Origin: Microbotryum violaceum
Lineage: Eukaryota
Assembly: GCA_001244265.2 (NCBI GenBank)
Contig: CDLV01000008.1
Span: 62,001-126,000, forward strand
Reading direction: 5' to 3'
Length of the DNA: 64,000 nt
The position numbers were made by a program, and so were the translations under genes. This document shows, in pieces, positions 24,831 to 35,451 of the stretch; positions within the stretch are counted from its first letter, which is position 1; each line of letters starts with the position of its first letter. Under the pieces are notes generated by a model. That model saw only the letters and a list, made by a program, of their open reading frames with translations. It was not told where the DNA came from and made no database searches.

Positions 24831-26897
24831 GGGACTGTCACCTCAAACAGGCAGTCACCCAACATGTCGTCAGCGGTTCGTCCACTTCGACTTAGCACAC
24901 AGTATAGCGATGCAACTTGCGAGTGCGGTGTCACTTGACGTGTCCAGTGGTGGCTGAACGTTGCAGGTCGTGCATTTGGACGATTGGGAACACGGCTCGG
25001 CACGACTCACGTCGGGAACGTTGCGGCGCTTGCCACCCCGAACAGGCGAGGCACTCGAGCGAGGGCGCACTTTGGGTGTCGAGGGACATCGAGGGTCGCC
25101 GAGGGCGGTAATTTGAGAGTGATGACGTGGACAAGTGTGTGCGACAGGTGCGACGAGTGAAACGCGCGAAGCAAGTAGATACCGGTAAGCGCAAGCGAAG
25201 AGGACGATGACCAAAGGATGGCCAAGACCTTCCGCCGTGTGAGAATCGCTGTAAAGCTCTCATCTATTTGCATAATGCCTCGAGAGGTACAAGACCGGCA
25301 AGATGACAGCAGCTGAGCGATCTGAAATATCGCAGGCAAGTGAGCAGACCAAGTGGCATCAGGGGACACAATATGTCGTCGCTCTGAGTCGGCTTGGATG
25401 GGTACGAAGTGGGCGCCGGAGTTTGAGGCAGGATTCGCGAGGCATGTGATCGGGTAAAGCGAGTATCACAGCCATCGTGGGTCGATCATGCATTCATAGC
25501 TGGAATGCAGCTACTTCGTCCGCGCAAGGTCGTCGAGCCCACCGCTCGAGAAAGAACACGCCTGCGTTCGATCATCTCGGAGCATTTATCAGGGATGTCG
25601 CGGCAAGGGACCGCTATGCCTCATGCGTACGGGGACGAAGCAGGGTGAAGGACGGGGCACTGGGACACGAAGAGTGAGATTAGGGACGTGCTGAAGACAT
25701 CTTCGAGCACTTGGAAGGAAGAAGAGATTTCGGATCACACTAGCGTCGTTTGACCTAGCATCGGCACGAGTCGAGAGGAAGACATTTGGCTGTGCGACTA
25801 AACCGAGGTGGTCTCCTGGAGACCGGCTGAAGAAACGGATGTGAACCAAACTCGGCAAACGCGGGAACCCCCCTATATGGGTTGGACCAAAACGTAAATC
25901 ATGAGATGGAACAGATCTCGAAGTGAGAATGGAATGGGAGAGACGCACGTCGGCGCTGAAAGAAGCTGAGCCGAGCGGGACCTGGTTTTGACCGAGGAGC
26001 CAAGCGAGATGTGGAGTGAGAACCTCACTGAGGTGGCAGTGTGAGGGTGGGGCGCAGGCTCGTCCTCGTCGCCACTGGTCCGGCCCAATCACGTGGGAGC
26101 TGGAGCATTTCTGCCCTACATTCTTGCGGGTGAGATGAAACTTCGCATTTGCTCGGTAAGCTCTCGTTGGAACGGATGAGGATGTGCACGATCCGCCGTA
26201 GGACCCGCCGAATAGGTTTTGACTCTCGACACCCGAATTTCTTTCGGAGGCGACAGCAACCACGAAGGGTATTTAGGCCGAAATGCGATCAAGCAGAAAA
26301 AGGAAATTCAACGATGAAAAGTGCATGAAAGCTTTGTTTCATTTGTGAGTCCAATCGGTGCCAGAAAAGCCAGGACCAGTACGTCGAGTAGTGCGGAAAT
26401 CTGAGGATGAGTGCTGCGGCTCTGGATAGTTCGCTTTAGCGAAAGTTCGATCCGCTTTGAGGGAGCCCAAGGACAGTCACGATGCTCGCCTCGCCTCGCC
26501 TCGGACGACTAGGAATGCAGACACTGGATGGATCTCTAGCTGTCACGGAATCATATCATAGGCACGGAGACGTGTACACGAGTTGACTGTTCGAGATGTT
26601 CCTCTCCGGTGCCTGCAAACCGGTACCGCTGGTCGGGATTCTGGCTCGATTCGACTCCGAATTTCTGAGAGTTAGGAGCGATCATGGGATAACCGGGACG
26701 ATGACAAACAGGTTTAAAAAGTGTGGTACGGATAAAAAGTACTTGTGAAGGTCAGAATGATCTCAGTGTAGGCGAGTCTGAGGTTCAGGGACTGGTCGCC
26801 GCCCCGCAGTGCGCTAGTTCGTGAACAACTAAGTTCCGCACGCTGAAGCGCTGAAGGTTTACGGAACCAAATCCTCGAGTCGGCGTGACCTCTACAG

Positions 26898-27220
26898 GCC
26901 CACCCAGGGTCCTCGAATCTGCCGCCGTCGGCTCCCCCGACGAAGCGCGAGGCGAGATTGTGAACGCAGTCGTGATCCTGAGGCCCAAGCGCCGAGTACG
27001 CGCACAGGGGTAAATCCGAAGGGCCGGACCGCGATGCGCTCATGCTCGAACTGCAAAAGTTCTTCAAGAAGCAAACGGGCCTTACAAGGTACCTCGGGAG
27101 ATTGAGTTTGTGGAGAATCTTCTCCAACCGGCTTCGGGCAAGATTAGGAGGATCGAGCTGAGGCAGGCTGAGTACAAGGAGAAGGCCCATATCGTCGCAA
27201 AGCAGAAGGCCAAGTTGTAA
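26898..27220 (+). pseudogene. C-terminal fragment of an AMP-binding (medium-chain acyl-CoA synthetase-like) enzyme with PTS1, frameshifted
   Basis: Pieces in different frames read VLESAAVGSPDEARGEIVNAVVILRP, DALMLELQKFFKKQT and PYKVPREIEFVENL...SGKIRRIELR...KQKAKL*. Confidence 0.8.
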
Positions 27221-27420
27221 AGGCCCGCAACGAGTGAGCGTCGGGCGCGGTCTCGCAACGGCCAGGAGCAAGTGTGGAGTCAGACTGTCAGAACGGAGAC
27301 CCGGACAAAGCCAACCCAGAGAGGATGTACCATGCCACTGTAATCGTTTTCCTCTTCGTCGTATGACGGTGCAGCCGGCGGGTCTCACTGGTCTGACTCT
27401 GCAGCACTGAGCTGCAGCAG

Positions 27421-28150
27421 TTTTTTTGTGGTTTGACTGGGCTCATAGATTACGATCCTTCGGGTTGGCTAGAATCGCTACAAAAAGAGCTAAAAGGGGT
27501 AATAAAGCAGCGACGACAAGCAGCTGGGTGAAAATCAAACCCCTGCGCGCAACGAGTGCTGCGCAGATCAAAACCCGCCGAGCACCTAACGCGGACTCCA
27601 ACGAGCGGTGAGTACTGCTGCCGCTTCACAACCCAAGATCGGGAGCGAAGATACTCGAAAACCAGGCAAGAGCGCCTAGGAAAAAAAAGGGACAATATAC
27701 AAAAAGTCACAAACGGGAACACTGAGAAAGGAAAATACTAAAACACGGGGAAAGGAGGGGGAGGAGGGGGACACACCCGAGGGACCAAGAAAGGGGGGTC
27801 GAAGCCAGGGATAGAGGTCCCCAAAGACTAACAGGCCGCAGCCAAGCCCCAGCTACTCGTCACCCCGACAACGCCCGATGGCCCTCCTTGGCTGAGTCTC
27901 GAGTGCTGGCTGTTGAGCCGTCGGAAGTCGGGCGAAAACGATCCAATAAAACGAACGAGCCTTGCCATAACGCGAGGAGCTTGACCAAAACGAACGAGCC
28001 TTCTTCCGGATCCACGCCGTAACGACCATTCCATTCGACGAGATCCATCAAGCGGCTTGGAGGGAAAAGGGGAAGGTGGCTGAAGCATAGTCAACATCCG
28101 AGCCGATATCTGGCGTAAGGCTGTTGAAGGTGTTAGTAGACCTTGCACTG
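27421..28150 (-). mobile_element. Putative 5'-truncated non-LTR retroelement relic
   Basis: On the minus strand a short ORF tail (FGQAPRVMARLVRFIGSFSPDFRR) is followed by a pyrimidine-rich 3'UTR-like tract ending gtcaaaccacAAAAAAA. No RT motifs and no clear target-site duplication. Confidence 0.35.
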
Positions 28151-28158
28151 ATATCAGG

Positions 28159-28242
28159 GGCCGGATAGCTTAGTGGTCAAAGTTTTTCCGATTAATGGAA
28201 GCGACCCAGGTTCGACTCCTGGTCCGACTCCTGGTCCAGCCG
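28159..28242 (+). tRNA. tRNA-like sequence / tRNA pseudogene, formal anticodon UUA
   Basis: A box TAGCTTAGTGG and B box GGTTCGACTCC. Cloverleaf: D stem GCTT/AAGT, anticodon stem TTTCC/GGAAG, T stem CCAGG/CCTGG. 12-bp tandem duplication at the 3' end and a T-run downstream. Confidence 0.7.
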
Positions 28243-30127
28243 TTCTTCTTCTTTTGTTGATCATTTCGGGATCATCGTTGATTCCAACAAAGGTGATGCT
28301 CATATCGGAGGCTGAGACCATTTTCTTGCACGATAGATCGAATATTTAGCTTGAGAGAGCTCCAGGATCGTGGTCCAAGGCAGACAGGGGTTAGGAGAGG
28401 TCCTCTGATCGGAAGCGATAGGGTTGGATACGATAGCATGGCGTTACATCACCTCAGCAAGCCCAAGTCTCCTGTACATCCAACGGCTACCCACTTCTGA
28501 TCCTCAGGTTAGGTTCATCCTCGAGCGCGGATTCTCCGAAAGCACACAGAACGAGTTCAATCAACATCTCTTGCGTGGCCGTCGCACCGGCAGACAACTG
28601 CGGACCGGCGGCTACCGGCACAGGACCCGGGAAAGCTCAGCCACATGTGCGTCCTCGAAATGGACCCTCCGAACTCCAAACTGCGACTCAAAAGTGGTAC
28701 CAATCCCCTCCCCCAAAAAACCAGAAAGAAAGATTCCAAATCATTAGGTTACGTCCAGGATGAGGGTAAAAATCGATGTACCTGGACCTCGCACCTCCCC
28801 GGCCGAGCGCGTATCAGCTGCGCGCACGCCATCTAGCAGCGGTCCATTAGTTCGCGCCAGCCGATGGTAATGCAAGAAAAATGCGCTTCAAACGCACCAA
28901 GACGCGATTTGCAAGAGTGCCGACGGGCGCTGGAAGTGGATGAGATGACATCAGACGCCCCTGGCAGCCCCTGACCATCCCCACCTTGTGCCACGTCGCG
29001 ATCATCCTATGTTCTGCGCACTTTCCTGTGTGCCATTGCTGGACAAGGAATAGCATGTCATCTACAACAGCCCCGCTATAGTCACGAATTCAACTGTCCT
29101 TAGACACTCGTGCTCGAGGTCCCAGATGAGCAATTCGCCCCTATGTCTCCTGTTGCCGGCGAGCTCACTGTCGGCGAGCTTCTCGCGTTCGACTCTACCC
29201 GGCCTGACCTGACCGCAACGCTCACTGTATCCAAATTCGAGCCGACATTCCATCAGCATCAGACCGTAGCACCAACCCCATTAATTGACAAAAGTCACGA
29301 TCTTCGAGAATTGTACGCCTCCGGCCATCGATCCATCGAGGTTCGATCCCCTTGCACGTCGATAGTGGAACACATGCCAACATCTGGACTCCTTCGAGCA
29401 GCTGAAGCAACGGTTTCGGATAACGTCGAGTGGCGAGGGGTTCCAAGTCCGGCGCCGTTTGCTACCGACAGCTTGAACAGCAGCATCACACCTCGGCGCA
29501 AGCAATGGCTCCGTATCGGCCAAGAGTGCGTTGAAGGTAGGTTCCTTAGTTGTCTGTGGACTCCATCAAAAAGAAACCTGTGATAATTTGACCTCAACAT
29601 CCGCAACGGAAAAGGACTCGCCCTGGATATGGTGACGGAGTCTTAAAAGCGCCTTGCTTGTTGTATTCGCAAGCCCGTTCCGGAGTCTTCACCAATCGCA
29701 ACAGCCGCCAAGCTCAATGCGGTCCTTGCAGCGTTCTTGACTCCTTGGCCCCGATTCGAAAGGGAAATGCGCATGTTGGCGGGGAGGGAGCCGGGCCGGT
29801 CCGAGCGGCCGGCCGTGAAAGTAGTACCGGTCGGAGCGATTTTTCATATTTCTGGATGGTGGAGAGCGATCTTTAGGCAGTTTCATAACATCGAATCTCT
29901 CATGTTTTCGGAACTCTTCCGATGTACGACTCAAAACAGCTACAATCGACCCCTCAGACCCCTTCGATGTACAAACGGGCCTGAAATTGCTGTTTTCCGA
30001 GACGCACATTGGGCTGAGCTTTCCCGGGTCCTACCGGCACTTGGTCGCAGGACTCAAGGGGCCATTTTCACTCCTCTTATTGCTCATCCCCTTTCGACCA
30101 CACCGACCGCCAGTTCCCTCAGCCACC

Positions 30128-33100
30128 ATGAGCAAAATCATGGCTCGCCTCCCCTTCCGGCGTCAAAACTCGACCAGTGCCGTTGCCCCGGCGATGTCCC
30201 AGACGTCGAAGGAACAGGCCTACGAAGACAATGAAAAGTCGGCCCAGGGCTACAGTGGCGACGCGAAGATCGATCACGACGTGGCTGAACAGCATGTCGC
30301 CGCACCCGACGCTCCTGTTGCCGACCTCGACCCCCGAAACTTACTCGCAAACGGCAAAGAGGTGATTTATCAACCTGCATCCTTTGAATTTGTGTGGCAC
30401 AAGTGGAGCATCGCCCGCCCATGTGGGTGTGCTACAGGACCCTAGAGACTCCGCCGCCGCCGGGCGACCCCGATAGGAGCACCCCAACTCGGCAGTGCAC
30501 GGGCCTAGCCTTGCAGCCGCCTCTCGCCAGTGTAGAAGTAAAGGCGTAGAAGTAAAGGTAAAGGCACTGACCTCTCACTTCCTATCCCTGCTCACCCTTT
30601 TCTAGCGACCTATCGAAACTGCAGAAGACATATCCACTCGGTCAGTACCCCACAATAAGCCACCTGCCTGCGCGCTCGCAGTTCAAGCCGGTGCTGACAA
30701 GCGACTTCAGGAACTTTCGACCCACAGCTGCATCTCCCTCGAGGATGACCCGACTTTGATAGTGCACACCATTCGTATGTGGGTTATTGGCCTCGGCTTG
30801 ACCTGCTTCGCCGCTGTCCTTGGCCAGATCTTCTACTTCAGGCCCCAGGTGAGCTTTCGACGTCTCCTGCGCGTAACGTTTTTCTCTCTCAATGGCTGAC
30901 GTCCTCCCTGGATTGGCACATTGCAGACCGTATTCGTCTCTCAACTCTTCCTTCAGGTCATCGCATTCATCCTGGGTAAAGCCTGGGCGAAGGCCCTCCC
31001 CAACGCCGACAAGGGCAGGTTCTGGGCCGTCCTCAACCCGTGCGACTTCAACATCAAGGAGCATGTCGCGATCCTCGTCATGAGTACGACCGCGACCGAA
31101 TCGGCTTTGGCCATTTCTGTCTTTGCGGCCGAGGAACTGTACTACAACGTCACCCCCGGCTACGGCGTCGCTATCTTCACTCTGATGGGCTCGCAATTGT
31201 TCGGCTACGGTATCGCCGGTTTGATGCGCTCTTTCACCGTCTTCCCGACCTACATCGTCTTCCCCAACTTGATTCCGACCGTCGCGCTGTTCGATGCGTT
31301 GCACCGCGATCCCCACGGACCCTCGCAGAAGAAACGCCTGAAGTTCTTCTGGATGGTTTTTGCCATTATCTTCTGCTGGGAGTGGATCCCTGAGTTCGTC
31401 GCGCCGACTTTGACGGGTATCTCCATTTTTTGGTTAGTTTCTGACGTCTTCGTCTGCTCGAGCGTCTTGTTGATACCTGCGATCCAAACGCTCACATCAT
31501 TTCTGCTCTGTCGATGCGCATCGCGCAGCCTCGCCCGACGCAACTCCCCCTGGTTCACCCGCATCTTTGGCGGCTCCAACGGTAATGAGGGTCTTGGCCT
31601 GTTCTCGATCTGTCTCGATTGGAACTACGTCGGCTCTGGTGGCGGATCTCTGGGAGCCCTGTTCACCCCGTTCAACACCCGTGAGTCAACGACTCGGAAC
31701 CATTGCTGGCTTCAGTCTGGATGACCTAGGTGGACTGATGTTGAGTCGGCCCCACGCGTGGAGAAATTTCGCTCTACTGCGGTGTCGCGCTCTGCATCAT
31801 TCTCTTCTGTGCTTGCTGGGTCAAAAATGTCTGGCACTCCCAGAATTTTCCATTCTTGTCACAACAGCTCTTCTACCTGAACGGAACCCAGTACGACCAG
31901 CTCGCGATCCTCAATCCAGACTTCTCGCTCAACGAGGCCAAGCTCGAGGTGCAGGGCATCCCTTGGTACTCGACTTCGAACGCCATCTACTACATCGGCT
32001 CAAATTTGGCCATCGGTGCCACGTTGACGCACGTCATCTTGTGGTTCATGCCCTCTATCGTCAAGGCCTTCAAGGAGTACCGCGATCGCTCGCAGCCCGA
32101 CCCTCACTACCAGAAGATGCTCGTGTACCGTGAAGTCCCGATGTGGTGGTACTGCGCAACGCTTGTCGTCTCGTTCTCGATGGCGATGGCCACGTGCTAC
32201 ACCGGTCACAGCCAACTCCCCTGGTGGGCTTTGATCGTCGCGTTCCTCCTCGCTGTGATCATTTTCCCTCCCGTCATCGTCGTCTACGCCGTCACAGGCT
32301 TCAAAACCGACGTGACGCAACTTGCCCAGATGTTGGGCGCCGCGATCGTTCCCGGAAATTCGCGAGCCAACCTCTATTTTATGCTCTACGGCGCCAACTC
32401 GACCAGTCAGGCGCTCGGTCTCACGCGCGATCTCAAGCTGGGTCAATACACCAAGCTGCCTCCTATGTCGACTTTCGTTTGCCAAGTCGTCGGCACGATC
32501 GTCGGTGCCATCTTACAGCTCATCATCATGAAGTCCATCATCAGCGCCCAACGCGAGATCCTCTTGTCAGTCCAAGGTACGAACATCTGGTCGGGTCAGC
32601 AGGTGCAGACCTACAACTCGCAAGCCGTCGCATGGGGTGCCCTCGCCAAATCCATGTACGGTCCCGGTCGGCCCTATTTTCTTATTCCCCTCTCGATCGC
32701 CATTGGGCTGTTCGTCCCCGTTCCCTTCTGGCTTGGTCACAAGCTCTTCCCCAAGCTCAAGTTGAACCAAGTTGGTGAGTCCTACAGCAGTCAAGGTAAC
32801 TTGCTAACCCTTGTGGCGCAAACTAACCCGCCTGGTATGTTCCTTGGTCAGTGACCCCGATCATGTGCTGGTGCGTTGGCTACCTCTCGGTGGGTATCAA
32901 CTCTTCCATCTTTGGCACCATGTGCATCGCTCTCTTCTCGCAATACTACCTGCGCCGACGACGTGCGACCTGGTTCCGCAAGTACAACTACTTGCTCTCG
33001 GCTGCTCTCGACGGAGGAACGCAGTTCATGGTCTTCATCGCGACCTTTGCGCTCTTTGGTGGCTCGGGCAAGCCGGTGGTCATGCCTACCTGGGCTTTGA

Positions 33101-33235
33101 ACCCCGATAGCACTACGCAGAATTTTGGTGAGTTTGATAGGCCGCTTCGTCGTTATCGACATTGGGCTCCTCAGAAGCTGATCCAGAATCCAACCTTTGG
33201 CTTCGTTCACAGATCATTGTATGAAGCTCACCTAA
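30128..33235 (+). CDS. OPT family oligopeptide transporter
   Basis: Motifs ISLEDDPTL...T(I)RMWVIG, QIFYFRPQ, FNIKEHV, SQLFGYGIAG, WEWIPEF, DPHYQKMLVYREVPMWWY, DLKLGQYTKLPP and WFRKYNYLLSAALDGG. Confidence 0.95.
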
Positions 33236-33710
33236 TTGGTAGGAAGTATGCGAGTCTGGATTCAAATATGCTTGAAATTACTCTTATATCATACTTTGGG
33301 TTCCCTGCGAACCTTACCTGCTAATCTTCCTGCGCCAACTTGAAATGACGAGTCGGGGGCGAGTCGGCACGCAATCGGCTTCTGGTAGAATGGCCGTGCG
33401 TGAACTCGCCTTTCGCCTTTTGTGAGGAGAATCGAGTAGTTGAGATGCTCCTGTCTTGAAGCCGCGCGCTTTGACCGAACCAATTGCCGGATCAGGCACC
33501 GGAAATCGCGCACAAGGCCGATTCGTAACAAGTCGTGATAGGCAATCAGTTGCATTTGTTTCTTTCAGTCGCAGCTTCTAGGGTTCAGAGAGTAGGGAGT
33601 GGCGAGGGTGTGCGCGTTGCCACTTCGCAGTGTCTCAGGGACAGGGAGAGTCCTCCTTCAATCCGACCTCTCTCTCCCTCATATTCACCCATACCCACCC
33701 TGAACCGCAT

Positions 33711-35007
33711 ATGTTTGATCTAAAGGCGTACTCATGGACGCTCAAGCTCGGCTGTTCCGGCGGCTGTCTCCATGACTTGGTGACCAAGCCTTTTGAGATC
33801 CCTCCAACCTCTTGGAGTGTCGACGAGAAGCCCCTGAGCGATGCCACACTCAATATCACTCGCTACGGTGCCTTCGAGTTGAAAGTAGGGGCTGGTCTTA
33901 GCCATGACCCTCGGATCAAGCAGTTCCTGAGTCATGCAACTTGCGACGTGTGGTCATTAGATCGTTCCACGAATTATCATGTCCACCACTTCGTCACTCA
34001 CTATCGCAAGTGGTCCAGACTCGACCTGTCATGGACAGTCCAGGGGGTTCAAGACGCTTTGGGCGATTTGGGCAAGAGTGCCAGCTTTCTCGTGGTGCTC
34101 GAGTTCGATGTTACAAAAATTTCGGTGGAGGCGCTGATCCGCGAAAACTTGGAGCAAGAACATTGGAAGATCGAGCTTGCGAAGGCGGAGTCTGCCAAGC
34201 AAGAACCCCAGCAACGCTACAAGACCATCATTCAGCCTTCATCAACTCGAGCATTGACCGGATTCCAAGGTGAGTACATTGATTTCTCGGCCATACGTAT
34301 TACTACTGGACCGTCAAGGTGCTGATCGGCCCGCGTAATCGGTGGTCCCGACTATTACAGATCTCGGCTCGTCTGCCCATCCCTTCGACGTTCGCTTTGT
34401 CTTCGGCGGGGAAGGCGAAAGCGATGAGAAGGAGCTTTGGGAGAACGCTGCGTTCCTCGCCTCTCGATCGCCTTATTTTGCGGACCTGTTCTCATCTGGC
34501 TACTCGGAGAGCCTGATCGAACCTGTCTCTCCTCAAGAATGCAAAGTCGCTTCTCGTACGGTGCGCATCACCGAGGGAACCTTCGAAGATTACCGAGCGA
34601 CATTTATATGGCTTCGCACGGGTCATATCCTTCTCTCGGATCTCTTGGAGTCAAGTCGAAGCAAAATCACCGACTTTGCCTCTGAAGATGCTCCTCAACC
34701 CGTCCTCGCTCGCTCGATTTATGCAGTCGCGCATTACCTCCAAATTTCGTCACTTTGCGAACTCGCTCTCCGATGCATCGAGGACTGTTTGACGCCTACT
34801 ACTGCCGCGGAGTACCTCGTGGATGAATTATGTTGCTTATATCGAGAACCTCGTGACCTGGTGATTACGTACGCCGTGAATAACTGGGACAAGGTCAAGC
34901 CGACCACGGTCATAAAGGAGGCGATCGCAAAAAAGGCCAAGGGGGAACTTTCTCCGGGTGCTACGGAAACGTTGTTGGATGTACTCATGAGGGTAGCCTG
35001 CGTTTGA
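33711..35007 (+). CDS. BTB/POZ domain protein with uncharacterised N-terminal domain (paralog 2)
   Basis: Exon 2 reads AHPFDVRFVF...LWENAAFLASRSPYFADLFSSGYSES...YRATFIWLRTG...SIYAVAHYLQI. One intron at about 34270-34360. Confidence 0.78.
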
Positions 35008-35451
35008 GGGTGCATCAGCGATAAAATAGACGGGATCATAGATCATTCGGATAGGTTTCGGACATTGGTCTTCTTTGAGTACTCTGCAGTTTGAGAATTA
35101 CACTTTGTTAAAAGATGGAGATCCGCGCTACTACTCAGGTCATGAAAAATCTGACGGCCTGATATTGGTTAGGGGATCTTATCATCTGTGCACAGGTATA
35201 GTATGATCACACAGCGGGATTACCGGTGCCCCTCGACCGCGAGATTTTGGCGCTGCGTCGAGTCGGCAGAGCTTTTAGGGGCATCGGCACTGTGCCACTA
35301 CAACGTGTAACTGCAGCGGTGCCTAGCGGTGCCGGCGTTGGCCAGCCAGAGCCTGCCAGAGCGGGCACAGTGGCGGGCACGCCCCGATGCGTCCCTACGC
35401 CCCCACCGATCCAGGCCTGCCACTTGCTTCCCCTCCTCATTGGCTGCAGAC

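Noticed and set aside
24587..24895. Plus-strand Asp-rich ORF
   Set aside because: It is the antisense shadow of the Ser-rich minus-strand frame of the degenerate kinase locus.
26714..27388. 224-aa minus-strand ORF
   Set aside because: It is antisense to the acyl-CoA synthetase pseudogene fragment and shows no recognisable protein features.
28424..29583. Short ORFs faintly resembling BTB (ERGFSES) or transposon-associated Ulp1 protease N-termini
   Set aside because: Only a few residues are similar and no catalytic motifs are present. Unsupported without an HMM search.
30532..30566. 14-bp tandem repeat (gtagaagtaaagg) in the first OPT intron
   Set aside because: Simple local slippage duplication with no evidence of function.
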